Of a stretch of 64,000 nucleotides of DNA, positions 20,101-30,036 are shown one piece after another. The notes beneath the pieces were generated by a model. That model was not told the origin of the DNA and searched no databases. It saw only the letters and a program-made list of their open reading frames with translations. Within the stretch, counting starts at the first letter, position 1. Each line of letters opens with the position of its first letter. The position numbers and the translations under genes were made by a program. This DNA comes from an uncultured Clostridia bacterium. GTDB taxonomy: Bacteria > Bacillota > Clostridia > TANB77 > CAG-508. The DNA lies in the NCBI GenBank assembly GCA_934121885.1, contig CAKOVH010000008.1, positions 233 through 64,232 of the forward strand, in the 5' to 3' direction.

Positions 20101-20592
20101 TTATAATATTTCTTCTACTTTTTTTCCTCTTTTTTTAGCAATTTGTTCAACAGTTTTCATTGCTTTTAATCCTTCGATTGTTGCGTAAACAACATTTCTT
20201 GGATTGTTTGTTCCAATAACTTTAGTTCTGATATCTTTGTATCCTGCAAGTTCTAGAACAGGTCTTACGCTACCACCTGCGATAACTCCAGTACCTTCTG
20301 CTGCTGGTTTTAATAGTACTTTTGCACTACCAAATTCTCCAACGTATTCATGAGGTATTGATGTTCCAACAACTGGAACTTCTACTAAATTCTTTTTAGC
20401 ATCTTCAATTGCTTTTTTGATTGCATCTGGAACTTCTGATGCTTTACCATTTCCAACACCAACGTGACCATTTTCGTCTCCAACAACAACTACTGCACTA
20501 AATCTAAAAGTTCTACCACCTTTAACAACCTTTGCAACTCTGTTAATTGCTACAACTTTCTCTTTTAATTCAGATGTATTTTCTGATTGCAC
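20101..20592 (-). CDS. rpsE: 30S ribosomal protein S5 (uS5)
   Basis: 163 aa with [27 protein letters not shown] start behind GGAGGG. Confidence 0.96.
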   Translation of the reverse strand: MQSENTSELKEKVVAINRVAKVVKGGRTFRFSAVVVVGDENGHVGVGNGKASEVPDAIKKAIEDAKKNLVEVPVVGTSIPHEYVGEFGSAKVLLKPAAEGTGVIAGGSVRPVLELAGYKDIRTKVIGTNNPRNVVYATIEGLKAMKTVEQIAKKRGKKVEEIL

Positions 20593-20706
20593 TTTATTTC
20601 CCTCCTTAATTTCTTATTGTTTTTCTTATAATTTCTATAGCTTGCAAATTTTTAAATCATTTGCAACTTGTAGTTGTAAATTAAGTTTCTTCTATAACAA
20701 CTACTA

Positions 20707-21066
20707 TTAGAACTCTAATCCGCCTTCTCTTGCGGCTTCAGCTAATTCTTTAACAACACCATGATAAATGTATCCACCTCTATCAAATACTACAGCTTTA
20801 ATATTCTTTTCTGTAGCTCTTTTAGCGATTAATTTACCAACTTCTACTGCTGCTTCTTTATTTGCATGCTTTGTTTTTACTTCTTTGTCAAGTGTTGATG
20901 CTTGAGCTAAAGTAACACCATTAACATCATCAATTACTTGAACATAAAGATTACTATTGCTTCTGAATACGCATAATCTTGGGCATTCTGCTGTTCCAGA
21001 TATTTTTCTACGTACTCTTAAATGTCTTCTTTCTCTTTCAGCTCTTCTATCATTTTTTGTAATCAT
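20707..21066 (-). CDS. rplR: 50S ribosomal protein L18 (uL18)
   Basis: 119 aa with [13 protein letters not shown]...PRLCVFRSN and C-terminal [26 protein letters not shown]. Confidence 0.97.
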   Translation of the reverse strand: MITKNDRRAERERRHLRVRRKISGTAECPRLCVFRSNSNLYVQVIDDVNGVTLAQASTLDKEVKTKHANKEAAVEVGKLIAKRATEKNIKAVVFDRGGYIYHGVVKELAEAAREGGLEF

Positions 21067-21106
21067 AGTTTATTCCTTTCTACTAATGTAACAGCATTAG
21101 TTATTT

Positions 21107-21646
21107 TTATTTTTTACCAGCTTTTCCTTCTTTACGTCTAATATGCTCTTCTGCATATTTAATTCCTTTTCCTCTATATACTTCTGGTGGTCTCTTTGTT
21201 CTTACAACAGCTGCTGTTTGACCAACAACTTCTTTATCAATTCCTCTAACAGTAATATGGTTAGCATCTGGAACATCAAAAGTAATTCCTTCTGGTGGAT
21301 CCATCTCTACTGGATGAGAATATCCTAAGTTCATAACTAGTTTATTTCCCTTCTTTTGAGCTCTGTAACCAACACCGTTAATTTCTAAATCTCTTTTATA
21401 TTCATGTAGAACTCCTTCAATCATGTTGTTGATTAAAGTTCTTGTTAAACCATGTAAACTTCTATTTTCTGGTTCGTCATTTGGTCTTGTAACAGTAATT
21501 ACATTGTTATCCATTGTAACACTGATGTTTTTATGTATTTCTCTTTCTAATGTACCTTTTGGACCTTTTACAGTAATGTGGTGTCCGTCTAATTTAACTT
21601 CAACACCTTCTGGTACATTAATAGGTTTGTTTCCTATTCTTGACAT
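21107..21646 (-). CDS. rplF: 50S ribosomal protein L6 (uL6)
   Basis: 179 aa starting MSRIGNKPINVPEGVEV, with NLGYSHPVE. Confidence 0.97.
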   Translation of the reverse strand: MSRIGNKPINVPEGVEVKLDGHHITVKGPKGTLEREIHKNISVTMDNNVITVTRPNDEPENRSLHGLTRTLINNMIEGVLHEYKRDLEINGVGYRAQKKGNKLVMNLGYSHPVEMDPPEGITFDVPDANHITVRGIDKEVVGQTAAVVRTKRPPEVYRGKGIKYAEEHIRRKEGKAGKK

Positions 21647-21676
21647 TTTGTTTTTCCCTCCTTTTTGTTTTAAAAA

Positions 21677-22075
21677 TTACCAAACGTAAGCTAGAACTTC
21701 TCCTCCAAGTCCTTCTGCTCTTGCTTCTTTGTCTGTTTTAATTCCTTTTGATGTAGAGATAAGTGCAATTCCTAAACCGTTTAGAACTTGTGGTAATTCA
21801 TCTTTTGATGCATATACTCTTAGTCCTGGTTTACTGATTCTTCTTAATCCATCAATAACTCTTGCACCTTTTTCATCATATTTTAATGTGATTCTTATAA
21901 TTCCTTGATGAGAATCATCTATTTCTTCAAATGCAGCGATATATCCTTCATTGAATAGGATTGTTGCAATTGCTTTTTTCATGTTTGAGCTTGGTATATC
22001 TACTGTTTTGTGTTTTGAACTGTTTGCATTTCTTATTCTTGTTAGCATATCTGCTATTGGATCAGTTGTATTCAA
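21677..22075 (-). CDS. rpsH: 30S ribosomal protein S8 (uS8)
   Basis: 132 aa with [14 protein letters not shown] and C-terminal GGEVLAYVW. Confidence 0.97.
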   Translation of the reverse strand: MNTTDPIADMLTRIRNANSSKHKTVDIPSSNMKKAIATILFNEGYIAAFEEIDDSHQGIIRITLKYDEKGARVIDGLRRISKPGLRVYASKDELPQVLNGLGIALISTSKGIKTDKEARAEGLGGEVLAYVW

Positions 22076-22114
22076 TTTTTTTTCCCTCCTTGTTTTATAT
22101 TATTGTTTTGAATA

Positions 22115-22300
22115 TTACCAGCTTGCTTTCTTTACTCCTGGGATTTCTCCTTTATGAGCTAATTTTCTAAAGCATACACGGCAAATTCCGAATTTTCTAA
22201 TATAAGCATGTGGTCTTCCACAAATTTTACATCTATTATATTCTCTTGTCTGATATTTTTGGGCTCTTTGTTGTTTAACTTTTAAAGATTTTTTAGCCAT
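22115..22300 (-). CDS. rpsN: 30S ribosomal protein S14, type Z (zinc-binding short form)
   Basis: 61 aa with CKICGRP...CRVCFR and C-terminal GVKKASW. Confidence 0.96.
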   Translation of the reverse strand: MAKKSLKVKQQRAQKYQTREYNRCKICGRPHAYIRKFGICRVCFRKLAHKGEIPGVKKASW

Positions 22301-22319
22301 TTTTTTCTCCTTTCATTTC

Positions 22320-22859
22320 TTAGTTTTTAAAAGGCATTCCTAATAGAGATAAAAGTTCTTTAGCTTCTTCATCAGTTTTAGCAGTAGTTACGAATATAAT
22401 ATCCATTCCTCTAATTTTATCAATTTTGTCATATTCAATCTCTGGGAAAATTAATTGTTCTTTAATTCCCATTGAGTAATTTCCTCTACCATCAAAAGAA
22501 TTGCTTGATACTCCTCTAAAATCTCTAACTCTTGGAAGTGCTACATTAAATAGTTTGTATGCAAAATCATACATTTTATCCTTTCTTAAAGTAACTTTAC
22601 ATCCCATGTTAATTCCTTCTCTTATTTTGAAGGCTGCTATAGCTTTCTTAGCCTTTGTTATAATTGGCTTTTGTCCAGTTATAAGTGTTACGTCGCTTAT
22701 AGCATTTTCTAATGATTTAGGATTATCTTTTGTATCTCCTAAACCTATATTAATAACTATTTTATCTAATTTTGGAACTTCCATAATTGATTTATAGTTA
22801 AATTTTTTCATTAATGCTGGTATAACTTCTTTTTCATATTGTTCTCTTAATATTTCCAT
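22320..22859 (-). CDS. rplE: 50S ribosomal protein L5 (uL5)
   Basis: 179 aa with typical uL5 core motifs ([26 protein letters not shown]). Confidence 0.97.
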   Translation of the reverse strand: MEILREQYEKEVIPALMKKFNYKSIMEVPKLDKIVINIGLGDTKDNPKSLENAISDVTLITGQKPIITKAKKAIAAFKIREGINMGCKVTLRKDKMYDFAYKLFNVALPRVRDFRGVSSNSFDGRGNYSMGIKEQLIFPEIEYDKIDKIRGMDIIFVTTAKTDEEAKELLSLLGMPFKN

Positions 22860-22890
22860 AAGTCTAAATAGACCTCCTTTCTAGAATGTT

Positions 22891-23199
22891 TTATTTCATT
22901 TTTGTTCCGCATTTCTTGCAAACACGTACTTTTTCGTCTTTTTCAATTTTATATCCAACTCTTGTTGCCTTTCCACATTTTGAGCAAACAACATTTACTT
23001 TGCTGCTATGGATAGCACATTCAACAGGGATAATTCCACCTTCTTCACCTTGTTTTCTAGGTTTGATGTGTTTTTTTCTAATATTAACACCTTTAACAAT
23101 AACTTTTTCTGTTTTTGGTATTACTTCTAGAACTTCACCTGTTTTTCCTTTATCATTTCCAGATAAAACTTGAACTGTATCACCTTTTTTTATTCTCAT
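22891..23199 (-). CDS. rplX: 50S ribosomal protein L24 (uL24)
   Basis: 102 aa. Starts MRIKKGDTVQVLSGNDKGKTGEVLEV (KOW motif) and carries CSKCGK...CKKCG cysteines. Confidence 0.96.
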   Translation of the reverse strand: MRIKKGDTVQVLSGNDKGKTGEVLEVIPKTEKVIVKGVNIRKKHIKPRKQGEEGGIIPVECAIHSSKVNVVCSKCGKATRVGYKIEKDEKVRVCKKCGTKMK

Positions 23200-23240
23200 T
23201 TATATTTTCACCTCTTTAATTCTTGATTTCGAAACTCTTT

Positions 23241-23609
23241 TTATAGAACTTCTGGTGCAAGTGAAAGGATTTTCATATAATCTTTTTCTCTTAATTCTCT
23301 TGCAACAGGACCAAATATACGAGTTCCCTTTGGTGTTCCATCTTCTTTTATAATAACTGCTGCATTTTCGTCAAATCTTACATAAGAACCATCAGCTCTT
23401 CTTGTAGGTTTCTTTGTTCTAACTACAACAGCTTTTACAACATCACCTTTTTTTACAACGCCACCTGGTGTAGCTGTTTTAACAGAAGCAACAATGATAT
23501 CACCAATTCTAGCATATTTTCTATAAGAACCACCTAGACATCTGATACACATAATCTCTTTTGCACCTGTATTATCTGCTACTTTTAAAATTGTTTGTTG
23601 TTGTACCAT
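23241..23609 (-). CDS. rplN: 50S ribosomal protein L14 (uL14)
   Basis: 122 aa starting [23 protein letters not shown]. Confidence 0.98.
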   Translation of the reverse strand: MVQQQTILKVADNTGAKEIMCIRCLGGSYRKYARIGDIIVASVKTATPGGVVKKGDVVKAVVVRTKKPTRRADGSYVRFDENAAVIIKEDGTPKGTRIFGPVARELREKDYMKILSLAPEVL

Positions 23610-23628
23610 GATATTTTTCCTCCTTTAA

Positions 23629-23892
23629 TTATTTGATTACTGCCTTTTCCATAATTTCAACTACTCTCCATCTTTTATCTTTTGATAGAGGTCTTGTTTC
23701 CATTACTTTTACTTTATCACCGATTTGGCATGCATTTTCTTCATCATGAGCTTTTAATTTGTAAGTTCTTTTTTGAACTTTACCATATGTTTTATGTTTC
23801 TCACTTGTTTCAACAGATACAACTACTGTTTTATCCATTTTATTTGAAGAAACTGTACCAATCATAACTTTACGAAGATTTCTTTCTTCCAT
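23629..23892 (-). CDS. rpsQ: 30S ribosomal protein S17 (uS17)
   Basis: 87 aa with [17 protein letters not shown] and [14 protein letters not shown]. Confidence 0.97.
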   Translation of the reverse strand: MEERNLRKVMIGTVSSNKMDKTVVVSVETSEKHKTYGKVQKRTYKLKAHDEENACQIGDKVKVMETRPLSKDKRWRVVEIMEKAVIK

Positions 23893-23922
23893 TTTTAATC
23901 TCCCTTCTTGATTAATTCAATT

Positions 23923-24126
23923 CTATTTATTTTCTTCAGCCATTTTTCTTTCTGTCAATACTGTTTTTATTCTTGCAATGTCTTTTTTCACTTCTTTAAT
24001 TTTCATAGGATTGTCTAGTCCGTTTGTTGCTAGACTAAATCTTAATTTGAATAATTCAGATTTTAATTCTCCTAATTCTTTCTCTAAATCTGGTGAAGAC
24101 ATTTCTTTTATCTTATTTATCTTCAT
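23923..24126 (-). CDS. rpmC: 50S ribosomal protein L29 (uL29)
   Basis: 67 aa with [36 protein letters not shown]. Overlaps the rplP stop by 14 nt. Confidence 0.96.
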   Translation of the reverse strand: MKINKIKEMSSPDLEKELGELKSELFKLRFSLATNGLDNPMKIKEVKKDIARIKTVLTERKMAEENK

Positions 24127-24556
24127 CTAATTCACCACCTATTTCAGTTTCGCTTTTTACAAATTTGCACTTAACAGATAGTTTGTTTGCAGCTAATCTT
24201 AAAGCTTCTCTTGCTGTGTCTTCTGTAACACCAGCTATTTCAAACATTACTCTTCCTGGTTTTACATTTGCTACCCAAAATTCAACAGCACCTTTACCTT
24301 TACCCATACGAGTACCGATAGGTTTTCTTGTTACTGGTTTGTCTGGGAATATTTTAATCCAAACTTTACCACCTCTTTTGATGTAACGTGTCATAGCAAC
24401 ACGGGCTGCTTCTATTTGATTAGAAGTAATTTGTCCAGCCTCTAATGCTTGTAAACCATATTCTCCATCTGTTACTTTATTTCCTCTTGTTGCATATCCT
24501 CTATTTCTACCTTTTTGTTGTTTTCTATATTTTGTTCTTTTTGGTATTAATGGCAT
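24113..24556 (-). CDS. rplP: 50S ribosomal protein L16 (uL16)
   Basis: 147 aa with [13 protein letters not shown] and [14 protein letters not shown]. Confidence 0.97.
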   Translation of the reverse strand: MPLIPKRTKYRKQQKGRNRGYATRGNKVTDGEYGLQALEAGQITSNQIEAARVAMTRYIKRGGKVWIKIFPDKPVTRKPIGTRMGKGKGAVEFWVANVKPGRVMFEIAGVTEDTAREALRLAANKLSVKCKFVKSETEIGGELDEDK

Positions 24557-25218
24557 TATTTGTCTCCTCCTTCCACTGCTTTCTTTCTAGCAGGAAGAAC
24601 TTCTCCTTTATATATCCAAACTTTTACACCGATTTTTCCATATGTTGTATCTGCTTCTGCAAATCCATATTCGATATCAGCTCTTAAAGTTTGAAGTGGG
24701 ATTGTTCCCTCTTTATAAAATTCAGTTCTAGCCATATCTGCTCCACCTAATCTTCCAGATACAGCAGTCTTAATTCCTAATGCACCTGATTTCATAGTTT
24801 TTTGCATACATTGTTTCATTGCTCTTCTGAAAGAAACTCTCTTCTCTAATTGACTAGCAATATTTTCTGCTACTAATTGAGCATCTAAATCAATGTTCTT
24901 AACCTCAACGATATTTAGGTTAACTTCTTTATTAATCATTTTTTCTAATTCAACTTTTAAGCTTTCAGCTAAGTTTCCACCTTTTCCTATAACGATTCCT
25001 GGTTTAGCTGTATAAACATTTACTCTAACAAATTTTGCAGTTCTTTCGATTTCTATTTTAGAAATTCCAGCTGCGTATAATTTCTTTTTAACATACACAC
25101 GAATTTTGTGGTCTTCAACTAGGTAATCTCCAAAATCTTTTGAATCTGCATACCATTTTGAATTCCAGTCTTTAATAATTCCTACTCTTAATCCATGTGG
25201 ATCCATTTTTTGTCCCAT
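24556..25218 (-). CDS. rpsC: 30S ribosomal protein S3 (uS3)
   Basis: 220 aa starting [24 protein letters not shown], with a KH domain. Confidence 0.97.
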   Translation of the reverse strand: MGQKMDPHGLRVGIIKDWNSKWYADSKDFGDYLVEDHKIRVYVKKKLYAAGISKIEIERTAKFVRVNVYTAKPGIVIGKGGNLAESLKVELEKMINKEVNLNIVEVKNIDLDAQLVAENIASQLEKRVSFRRAMKQCMQKTMKSGALGIKTAVSGRLGGADMARTEFYKEGTIPLQTLRADIEYGFAEADTTYGKIGVKVWIYKGEVLPARKKAVEGGDK

Positions 25219-25245
25219 TTTGTAAATGTCCTCCTTCCTTTCTTA

Positions 25246-25596
25246 TTAAACTCTCTCTTTTAATACTATTGTAATATGACTTGTTCTTTTTCTAATTCTT
25301 ACTGCGCTTCCTTTAGCTGCTGGTCTAATTCTCTTTAGAGTTGGACCTTGGTTAGCGTAAATTTCAGCTACATATAATTTTTCATGAGCCATATTATGGT
25401 TATTTTCAGCATTTGCAATTGCTGATTTTAATAATTTTTCTATAATTTCAGATGAAGCTTTTGGAGTATATTTAACTATTGCTAGTGCTTCATCAATGTC
25501 TTTTCCCTTAATTAAGTCTGCTACAATTTTAACTTTTCTGCTTGAAATTCTAGCATATTTAAGAGTTGCTTCTGCCTTTGGTATTATTTCTTCCAC
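25246..25596 (-). CDS. rplV: 50S ribosomal protein L22 (uL22)
   Basis: 116 aa with ARISSRKVKIVADLIKGK and RPAAKGSAVRIRKRTSHITIVL. Confidence 0.97.
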   Translation of the reverse strand: MEEIIPKAEATLKYARISSRKVKIVADLIKGKDIDEALAIVKYTPKASSEIIEKLLKSAIANAENNHNMAHEKLYVAEIYANQGPTLKRIRPAAKGSAVRIRKRTSHITIVLKERV

Positions 25597-25615
25597 GTTA
25601 ATTTACCTCCTTTAT

Positions 25616-25894
25616 TTATTTTGTTGTTGTCGTCTTGTCTCCTGAGTGTCCTTTAAATGTTCTTGTAGGTGCAAATTCACCTAATTTATGTCCTATCATT
25701 TCTTCTGAAATGTATACAGGAACATGTTTTCTTCCATCGTGAACAGCGATTGTGTGTCCTACCATTTGAGGATAAATTGTAGAAGCTCTTGACCATGTTT
25801 TTATAACGTCTTTGTTTCCACTTTCGTTCATAGCTTCAACTCTTTTTAACAATCTTTCTTCAACATATGGTTGCTTTTTAGCTGATCTTGACAT
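25616..25894 (-). CDS. rpsS: 30S ribosomal protein S19 (uS19)
   Basis: 92 aa with [38 protein letters not shown]. Confidence 0.98.
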   Translation of the reverse strand: MSRSAKKQPYVEERLLKRVEAMNESGNKDVIKTWSRASTIYPQMVGHTIAVHDGRKHVPVYISEEMIGHKLGEFAPTRTFKGHSGDKTTTTK

Positions 25895-25921
25895 TTAGTT
25901 TTCCTCCTTTTAGATTTTGTT

Positions 25922-26749
25922 TTACTTTCTTCTCTTTACAATAAATTTATCTGTGTTTTTATTTTTTTGTCTTGTCTTGTATCCTAATGCTGGTTTGCCC
26001 CAAGGTGTCATTGGTCCTGAATGTCCTACTGGTGCTCTACCTTCACCACCACCATGAGGGTGATCTACTGGGTTCATTACAGATCCTCTTACTGTTGGTC
26101 TGATACCCATATGTCTTGTTCTTCCTGCTTTACCAAGTTTAACATTTTCATGTTCTTGGTTACCAATTGTACCGATTGTAGCTTTGCATATAGCCATAAC
26201 TAATCTCATTTCTCCAGATGGTAATCTTACGTGAGCATATTTACCTTCTTTAGCCATTAATTGAGCTTCTTGTCCGGCAGCTCTTACTAATTTTCCACCT
26301 TGACCTGGATTTAATTCGATATTATGAATCATTGTACCTACTGGTATATTTTCAATTTTCATACAGTTTCCTGGTTTAATATCAGCTTTTTCACTAGATA
26401 TTACTTTATCACCATCTTTTAATCCAACTGGTGCTAATATATATGCTTTTTCTCCATCTTCATATTCGATTAATGCAATATTTGCACTTCTGTTTGGATC
26501 ATATTCGATTCCTAATACTGTTGCAGACATATCAACTTTATTTCTTTTGAAATCTACTAATCTATATTTTTGTCTGTTTCCTCCACCTTGGTGTCTTACT
26601 GTGATTCTACCATAAGAGTTTCTTCCTGAATTTTTCTTTTTAGTTGCTAATAAAGATTTTTCAGGAGCTTTCTTTGTGATTTCAGCAAAGTCTGACACTG
26701 TCATATTTCTTCTTGATGGAGTATATGCTTTAAAATGTTTCATTCCCAT
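25922..26749 (-). CDS. rplB: 50S ribosomal protein L2 (uL2)
   Basis: 275 aa with [16 protein letters not shown] and [15 protein letters not shown]. Confidence 0.98.
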   Translation of the reverse strand: MGMKHFKAYTPSRRNMTVSDFAEITKKAPEKSLLATKKKNSGRNSYGRITVRHQGGGNRQKYRLVDFKRNKVDMSATVLGIEYDPNRSANIALIEYEDGEKAYILAPVGLKDGDKVISSEKADIKPGNCMKIENIPVGTMIHNIELNPGQGGKLVRAAGQEAQLMAKEGKYAHVRLPSGEMRLVMAICKATIGTIGNQEHENVKLGKAGRTRHMGIRPTVRGSVMNPVDHPHGGGEGRAPVGHSGPMTPWGKPALGYKTRQKNKNTDKFIVKRRK

Positions 26750-26815
26750 TGTTTAATTCTCTCCTTTAATTATTTATTTTCCGAGTTATTTTCTCGATAT
26801 TTTATTTTGATTTAT

Positions 26816-27163
26816 TTATGCACCCATAAATTCATCAATTGAGTCTTTGTATTTTTTAGAAATTTTAACTTCTTTTCCACCTTTTGTTAGGTAAGATTTT
26901 TCTGAAGCATTTGTATCGATTGTAACGATAGCTTTTTTCCAATCAGAAGTTTTTCCAACATTTCTTCCAACTCTTTTTTCTTTTCCTTTTACTGTTACAG
27001 TATTTACATTTAATACTTTAACTTCAAAAAGTTTTTCAACGGCATTTTTTATATCTACCTTTGTTGCTTTTTTGTTTACTTTAAAAGTGTACTTTCCTTC
27101 TTGAATTCCATCGCTACTTTTTTCAGTAACAACTGGAGCTATTATAATATCTTCTGCTACCAT
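26816..27163 (-). CDS. rplW: 50S ribosomal protein L23 (uL23), with a C-terminal extension
   Basis: 115 aa with PVVTEKSS and [27 protein letters not shown]. Its start overlaps the rplD stop. Confidence 0.94.
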   Translation of the reverse strand: MVAEDIIIAPVVTEKSSDGIQEGKYTFKVNKKATKVDIKNAVEKLFEVKVLNVNTVTVKGKEKRVGRNVGKTSDWKKAIVTIDTNASEKSYLTKGGKEVKISKKYKDSIDEFMGA

Positions 27164-27786
27164 TATGCGTACACCTCCTCTAATTTCTTAACAGTATCTA
27201 ATGTAATAACAAGATTTTTGTATTTTAATAAATCATATACATTAATTGTATTTACAAGAGTTGTTTTAACTCCTTCAATATTTCTTGCTGATTTTTGAAC
27301 TGTTTCATTTTTTTCTGGTAAAAGAATTAATGTTTTTCCTTCAACCTTTAAGTTTGTTAATGCTTTAGCCATTTCTTTTGTTTTAATTTCTTTTAATGGT
27401 AAGCTATCAACAACTACTAATTCATTTTCTAATACTTTTGAGCTTAAGCAAGACTTAATTGCTAATCTCTTTTCTTTCTTATTTACTTGATATTTGTATG
27501 AACGAGGTTTTGGACCTAGTGCGATACCACCTTTAATCCATTGTGGAGCTCTAATACTTCCTTGTCTAGCTCTACCTGTTCCTTTTTGTCTCCAAGGTTT
27601 TCTACCACCACCACGAACTTCTGCTCTTGTTTTAGTGCTTTGTGTACCTTGTCTTTGGTTAGCTAAGAAGTTAACTAATACGCTATGTACAACAGCTTCG
27701 TTTGGTTCAATTCCAAATATTTCTTCTTTTAAGTCAACTGTGCTAACTTTTTTACCTTCTATATCATATACGTCTATTTTAGGCAT
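27163..27786 (-). CDS. rplD: 50S ribosomal protein L4 (uL4)
   Basis: 207 aa with [26 protein letters not shown]. Confidence 0.97.
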   Translation of the reverse strand: MPKIDVYDIEGKKVSTVDLKEEIFGIEPNEAVVHSVLVNFLANQRQGTQSTKTRAEVRGGGRKPWRQKGTGRARQGSIRAPQWIKGGIALGPKPRSYKYQVNKKEKRLAIKSCLSSKVLENELVVVDSLPLKEIKTKEMAKALTNLKVEGKTLILLPEKNETVQKSARNIEGVKTTLVNTINVYDLLKYKNLVITLDTVKKLEEVYA

Positions 27787-27804
27787 TTCGTTTTTCCTCC
27801 TTCT

Positions 27805-28437
27805 CTATTTTGTTTTTACACTTGATTTTATTTTTAGTATTGCACCTTTTGCTCCTGGTACACTACCTTTTACTAATAATACATTTTTATCTAGGTCTAC
27901 TCTTACAACTTCTAAGTTTTGAATTGTAATTGTTTGAACTCCCATATGTCCTGGTAGTTTTTTACCTTTGAAAACTCTACCTGGTGTAGATGTAGGTCCC
28001 ATTGATCCTGGTCTTCTATGATACATAGAACCATGTCCCATAGGTCCTCTTGATTGTCCATGACGTTTAATAACACCTTGGAATCCTTTACCTTTTGAAG
28101 TTCCTTGAATATCGATTTTATCTCCAGCTGCAAATATGTCAGCTTTTAATTCATCTCCAACTTTAACTTCTTCTACTGAGTCAACTCTAAATTCTCTTAA
28201 ATGTTTTTTAGGTGTAACATTTACTTTTGTAAAGTGACCTTTCATAGGTTTATTTAATTTTTTTTCTTTAATATCTCCATATCCTAATTGGATAGCTGTG
28301 TATCCATCTGTATCTTGTGTTTTAACTTGTGCTACTACACAAGGTCCAGCTTCGATAACTGTTACTGGAATAACTTTTCCTGATTCGTCAAAAATTTGTG
28401 TCATTCCTACTTTTTTTCCGATTAATCCTTTATTCAT
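27805..28437 (-). CDS. rplC: 50S ribosomal protein L3 (uL3)
   Basis: The true start is [18 protein letters not shown] at 28437, behind GGAGGG. The ORF-track 13-aa N-terminal extension is discounted. Confidence 0.96.
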   Translation of the reverse strand: MNKGLIGKKVGMTQIFDESGKVIPVTVIEAGPCVVAQVKTQDTDGYTAIQLGYGDIKEKKLNKPMKGHFTKVNVTPKKHLREFRVDSVEEVKVGDELKADIFAAGDKIDIQGTSKGKGFQGVIKRHGQSRGPMGHGSMYHRRPGSMGPTSTPGRVFKGKKLPGHMGVQTITIQNLEVVRVDLDKNVLLVKGSVPGAKGAILKIKSSVKTK

Positions 28438-28588
28438 GTTTTCCCTCCAACTATTGGCTGATACTTTAAATTTCATAATTCACTTATGCTATACCAGCTT
28501 GGTTTTGCTGAAACTGTTTTTCAGTGTCAGTATTCAAATGTCTATGCATTTGTTTTAAATTAATCTTAAATAATTTCTTTCAACACTA

Positions 28589-28921
28589 TTATAGTTTGAT
28601 TTCTATATCAACACCAGCTGGTAAATCAATTTTCATTAAGCTATCAACTGTTTTTTGTGTTGGGTAAAGAATGTCAATAACTCTTTTATGTGTTCTCATT
28701 TCAAATTGTTCTCTTGAATCTTTGTGTTTGTGTGGAGAACGTAAAATTGTTATGATTTCTTTTTGTGTTGGTAATGGAATAGGACCAGAAACTGTTGCTC
28801 CTGTCTTTTTAGCAGTATCTACTATCTTCTCAGCAGACTGTTCTAAAACAACATGATCATAAGCCTTTAATCTTATTCTAATTTTTTCGCTTGTTACTGC
28901 ATTTTCCTTCTTTGTTGCCAT
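28589..28921 (-). CDS. rpsJ: 30S ribosomal protein S10 (uS10)
   Basis: 110 aa with [30 protein letters not shown] and C-terminal GVDIEIKL. About 8 aa longer at the N-terminus than the usual S10. Confidence 0.96.
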   Translation of the reverse strand: MATKKENAVTSEKIRIRLKAYDHVVLEQSAEKIVDTAKKTGATVSGPIPLPTQKEIITILRSPHKHKDSREQFEMRTHKRVIDILYPTQKTVDSLMKIDLPAGVDIEIKL

Positions 28922-29178
28922 TAAAAATTCCCTCCTTAAAATATATTGTTTTTTAGGTCGGAAGTTATAAACGCACCCTGGTGTATCTTGTTACTCCAAT
29001 ATAAAAACCCAAGTTTGCATGATGGTCTTGGGATAAGTGTACATTTATAATAAGCTATTATATAAAATAGCTCTTTCTTACCGCCTTGGTCTTAGCCACG
29101 ACATACTCCGTAAGAGTTCCCTCCATCTACCTATAAAAGATAGTGTAGCCACATCTTACTTCATCGCCAAATACATGC
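28922..29178 (-). promoter_or_regulatory. long structured 5' leader of the S10 operon with an internal terminator-like hairpin (attenuator candidate)
   Basis: About 255 nt lie between the predicted promoter and the rpsJ ATG, GC-richer than other spacers. Hairpins include AGCTATT/AATAGCT and CCCAAG-N12-CTTGGG (29008-29013 / 29027-29032), the latter followed by TTTTT on the minus strand. Confidence 0.5.
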
Positions 29179-29184
29179 TCAATT

Positions 29185-29214
29185 ATTATACAATACTTTT
29201 AGCTGTTTCGTCAA
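29185..29214 (-). promoter_or_regulatory. sigma-A promoter of the S10-spc-alpha super-operon
   Basis: Minus strand reads TTGACG (29209-29214), an 18-nt spacer, then TATAAT (29185-29190). Confidence 0.7.
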
Positions 29215-29235
29215 TAGTTTTTTAGTATTTTATGT

Positions 29236-29280
29236 AAAAAACCATAAAAATTTCTAGTAGATTAATCTACTAGAAATTTC
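29236..29280 (-). terminator. intrinsic terminator after rsmE
   Basis: Near-perfect 15-bp palindrome AAATTTCTAGTAGAT/ATCTACTAGAAATTT (29248-29279), followed on the minus strand by TTATGGTTTTTT. Confidence 0.7.
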
Positions 29281-29285
29281 ATATT

Positions 29286-30035
29286 TTATAATTCATATTC
29301 ATACATAATATTACTTAATATTGCTATTGGTGCAGTTTCTGTTCTTAATATTCTTTTTCCAAGTGTTATTGTTTTTACACCTTTTTCTTTAAATAAATCT
29401 ATTTCTGTTTCATCAATCCCACCTTCTGGGCCTATTAATACACCAATTTTTAAATTTTCATTTTCGTTAACTTTTGTATTTTTTAGTACTTGTTTTAATG
29501 TAACATCATTTTCTTTTTCATAAGCTATAATAAATATATCATAATCACTTATCTTTTTTGATAATTCTTGTACTTTTAATATTTTACCAATAGTAGGTAT
29601 TGCATCTCTTCCAGACTGTTTTGCAGCAACTTCTGCAATTTTTTGCCATCTTTCTATTTTTTTGTCTGCATCTTTTCCTTCTAATTTTACAATACTTCTT
29701 TTCATCATAACAGGCACAATTTCTCTTACCCCAAGTTCAGTTGTTTTTTGTATAATATATTCCATTTTATCTGCTTTTGGAAGCCCTTGAAAAATTGTAA
29801 CAAATATATTACTTTCTGTACTATCTTCAAGCATTTCTTCTATTTTACAAACAACTTTGTCTTTTTCCAATCTATCAATTTTTGCTTTGTATGTAATATT
29901 TCTATCTTTATTACAAATTAATATTTCATCATCTTTTGTAAGTCGTAATACATTTACTATATGATTAACATCTTCGCCATTTATATATATTGATTCATCT
30001 TCAATTTGATCTTGTGCTACAAAAAATTTTGGCAT
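29286..30035 (-). CDS. rsmE: 16S rRNA (uracil1498-N3)-methyltransferase
   Basis: 249 aa with an N-terminal PUA-like region (FFVAQDQI...GEDVNHIVNVLRL) and the C-terminal SPOUT motif LIGPEGG...RILRTETA. Confidence 0.85.
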   Translation of the reverse strand: MPKFFVAQDQIEDESIYINGEDVNHIVNVLRLTKDDEILICNKDRNITYKAKIDRLEKDKVVCKIEEMLEDSTESNIFVTIFQGLPKADKMEYIIQKTTELGVREIVPVMMKRSIVKLEGKDADKKIERWQKIAEVAAKQSGRDAIPTIGKILKVQELSKKISDYDIFIIAYEKENDVTLKQVLKNTKVNENENLKIGVLIGPEGGIDETEIDLFKEKGVKTITLGKRILRTETAPIAILSNIMYEYEL

Positions 30036-30036
30036 A

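Noticed and set aside
27912-28133. 73-aa minus-strand ORF inside rplC
   Set aside because: It is an alternative frame of the conserved uL3 gene, with no independent signals.
28950-29170. GC-richer segment upstream of rpsJ considered as a tRNA or other stand-alone ncRNA gene
   Set aside because: I could fold no cloverleaf, no tRNA-type conserved boxes and no recognisable SRP, tmRNA, RNase P or 6S motifs. It lies between a strong promoter and rpsJ on the same strand, so a 5' leader is the simpler reading.
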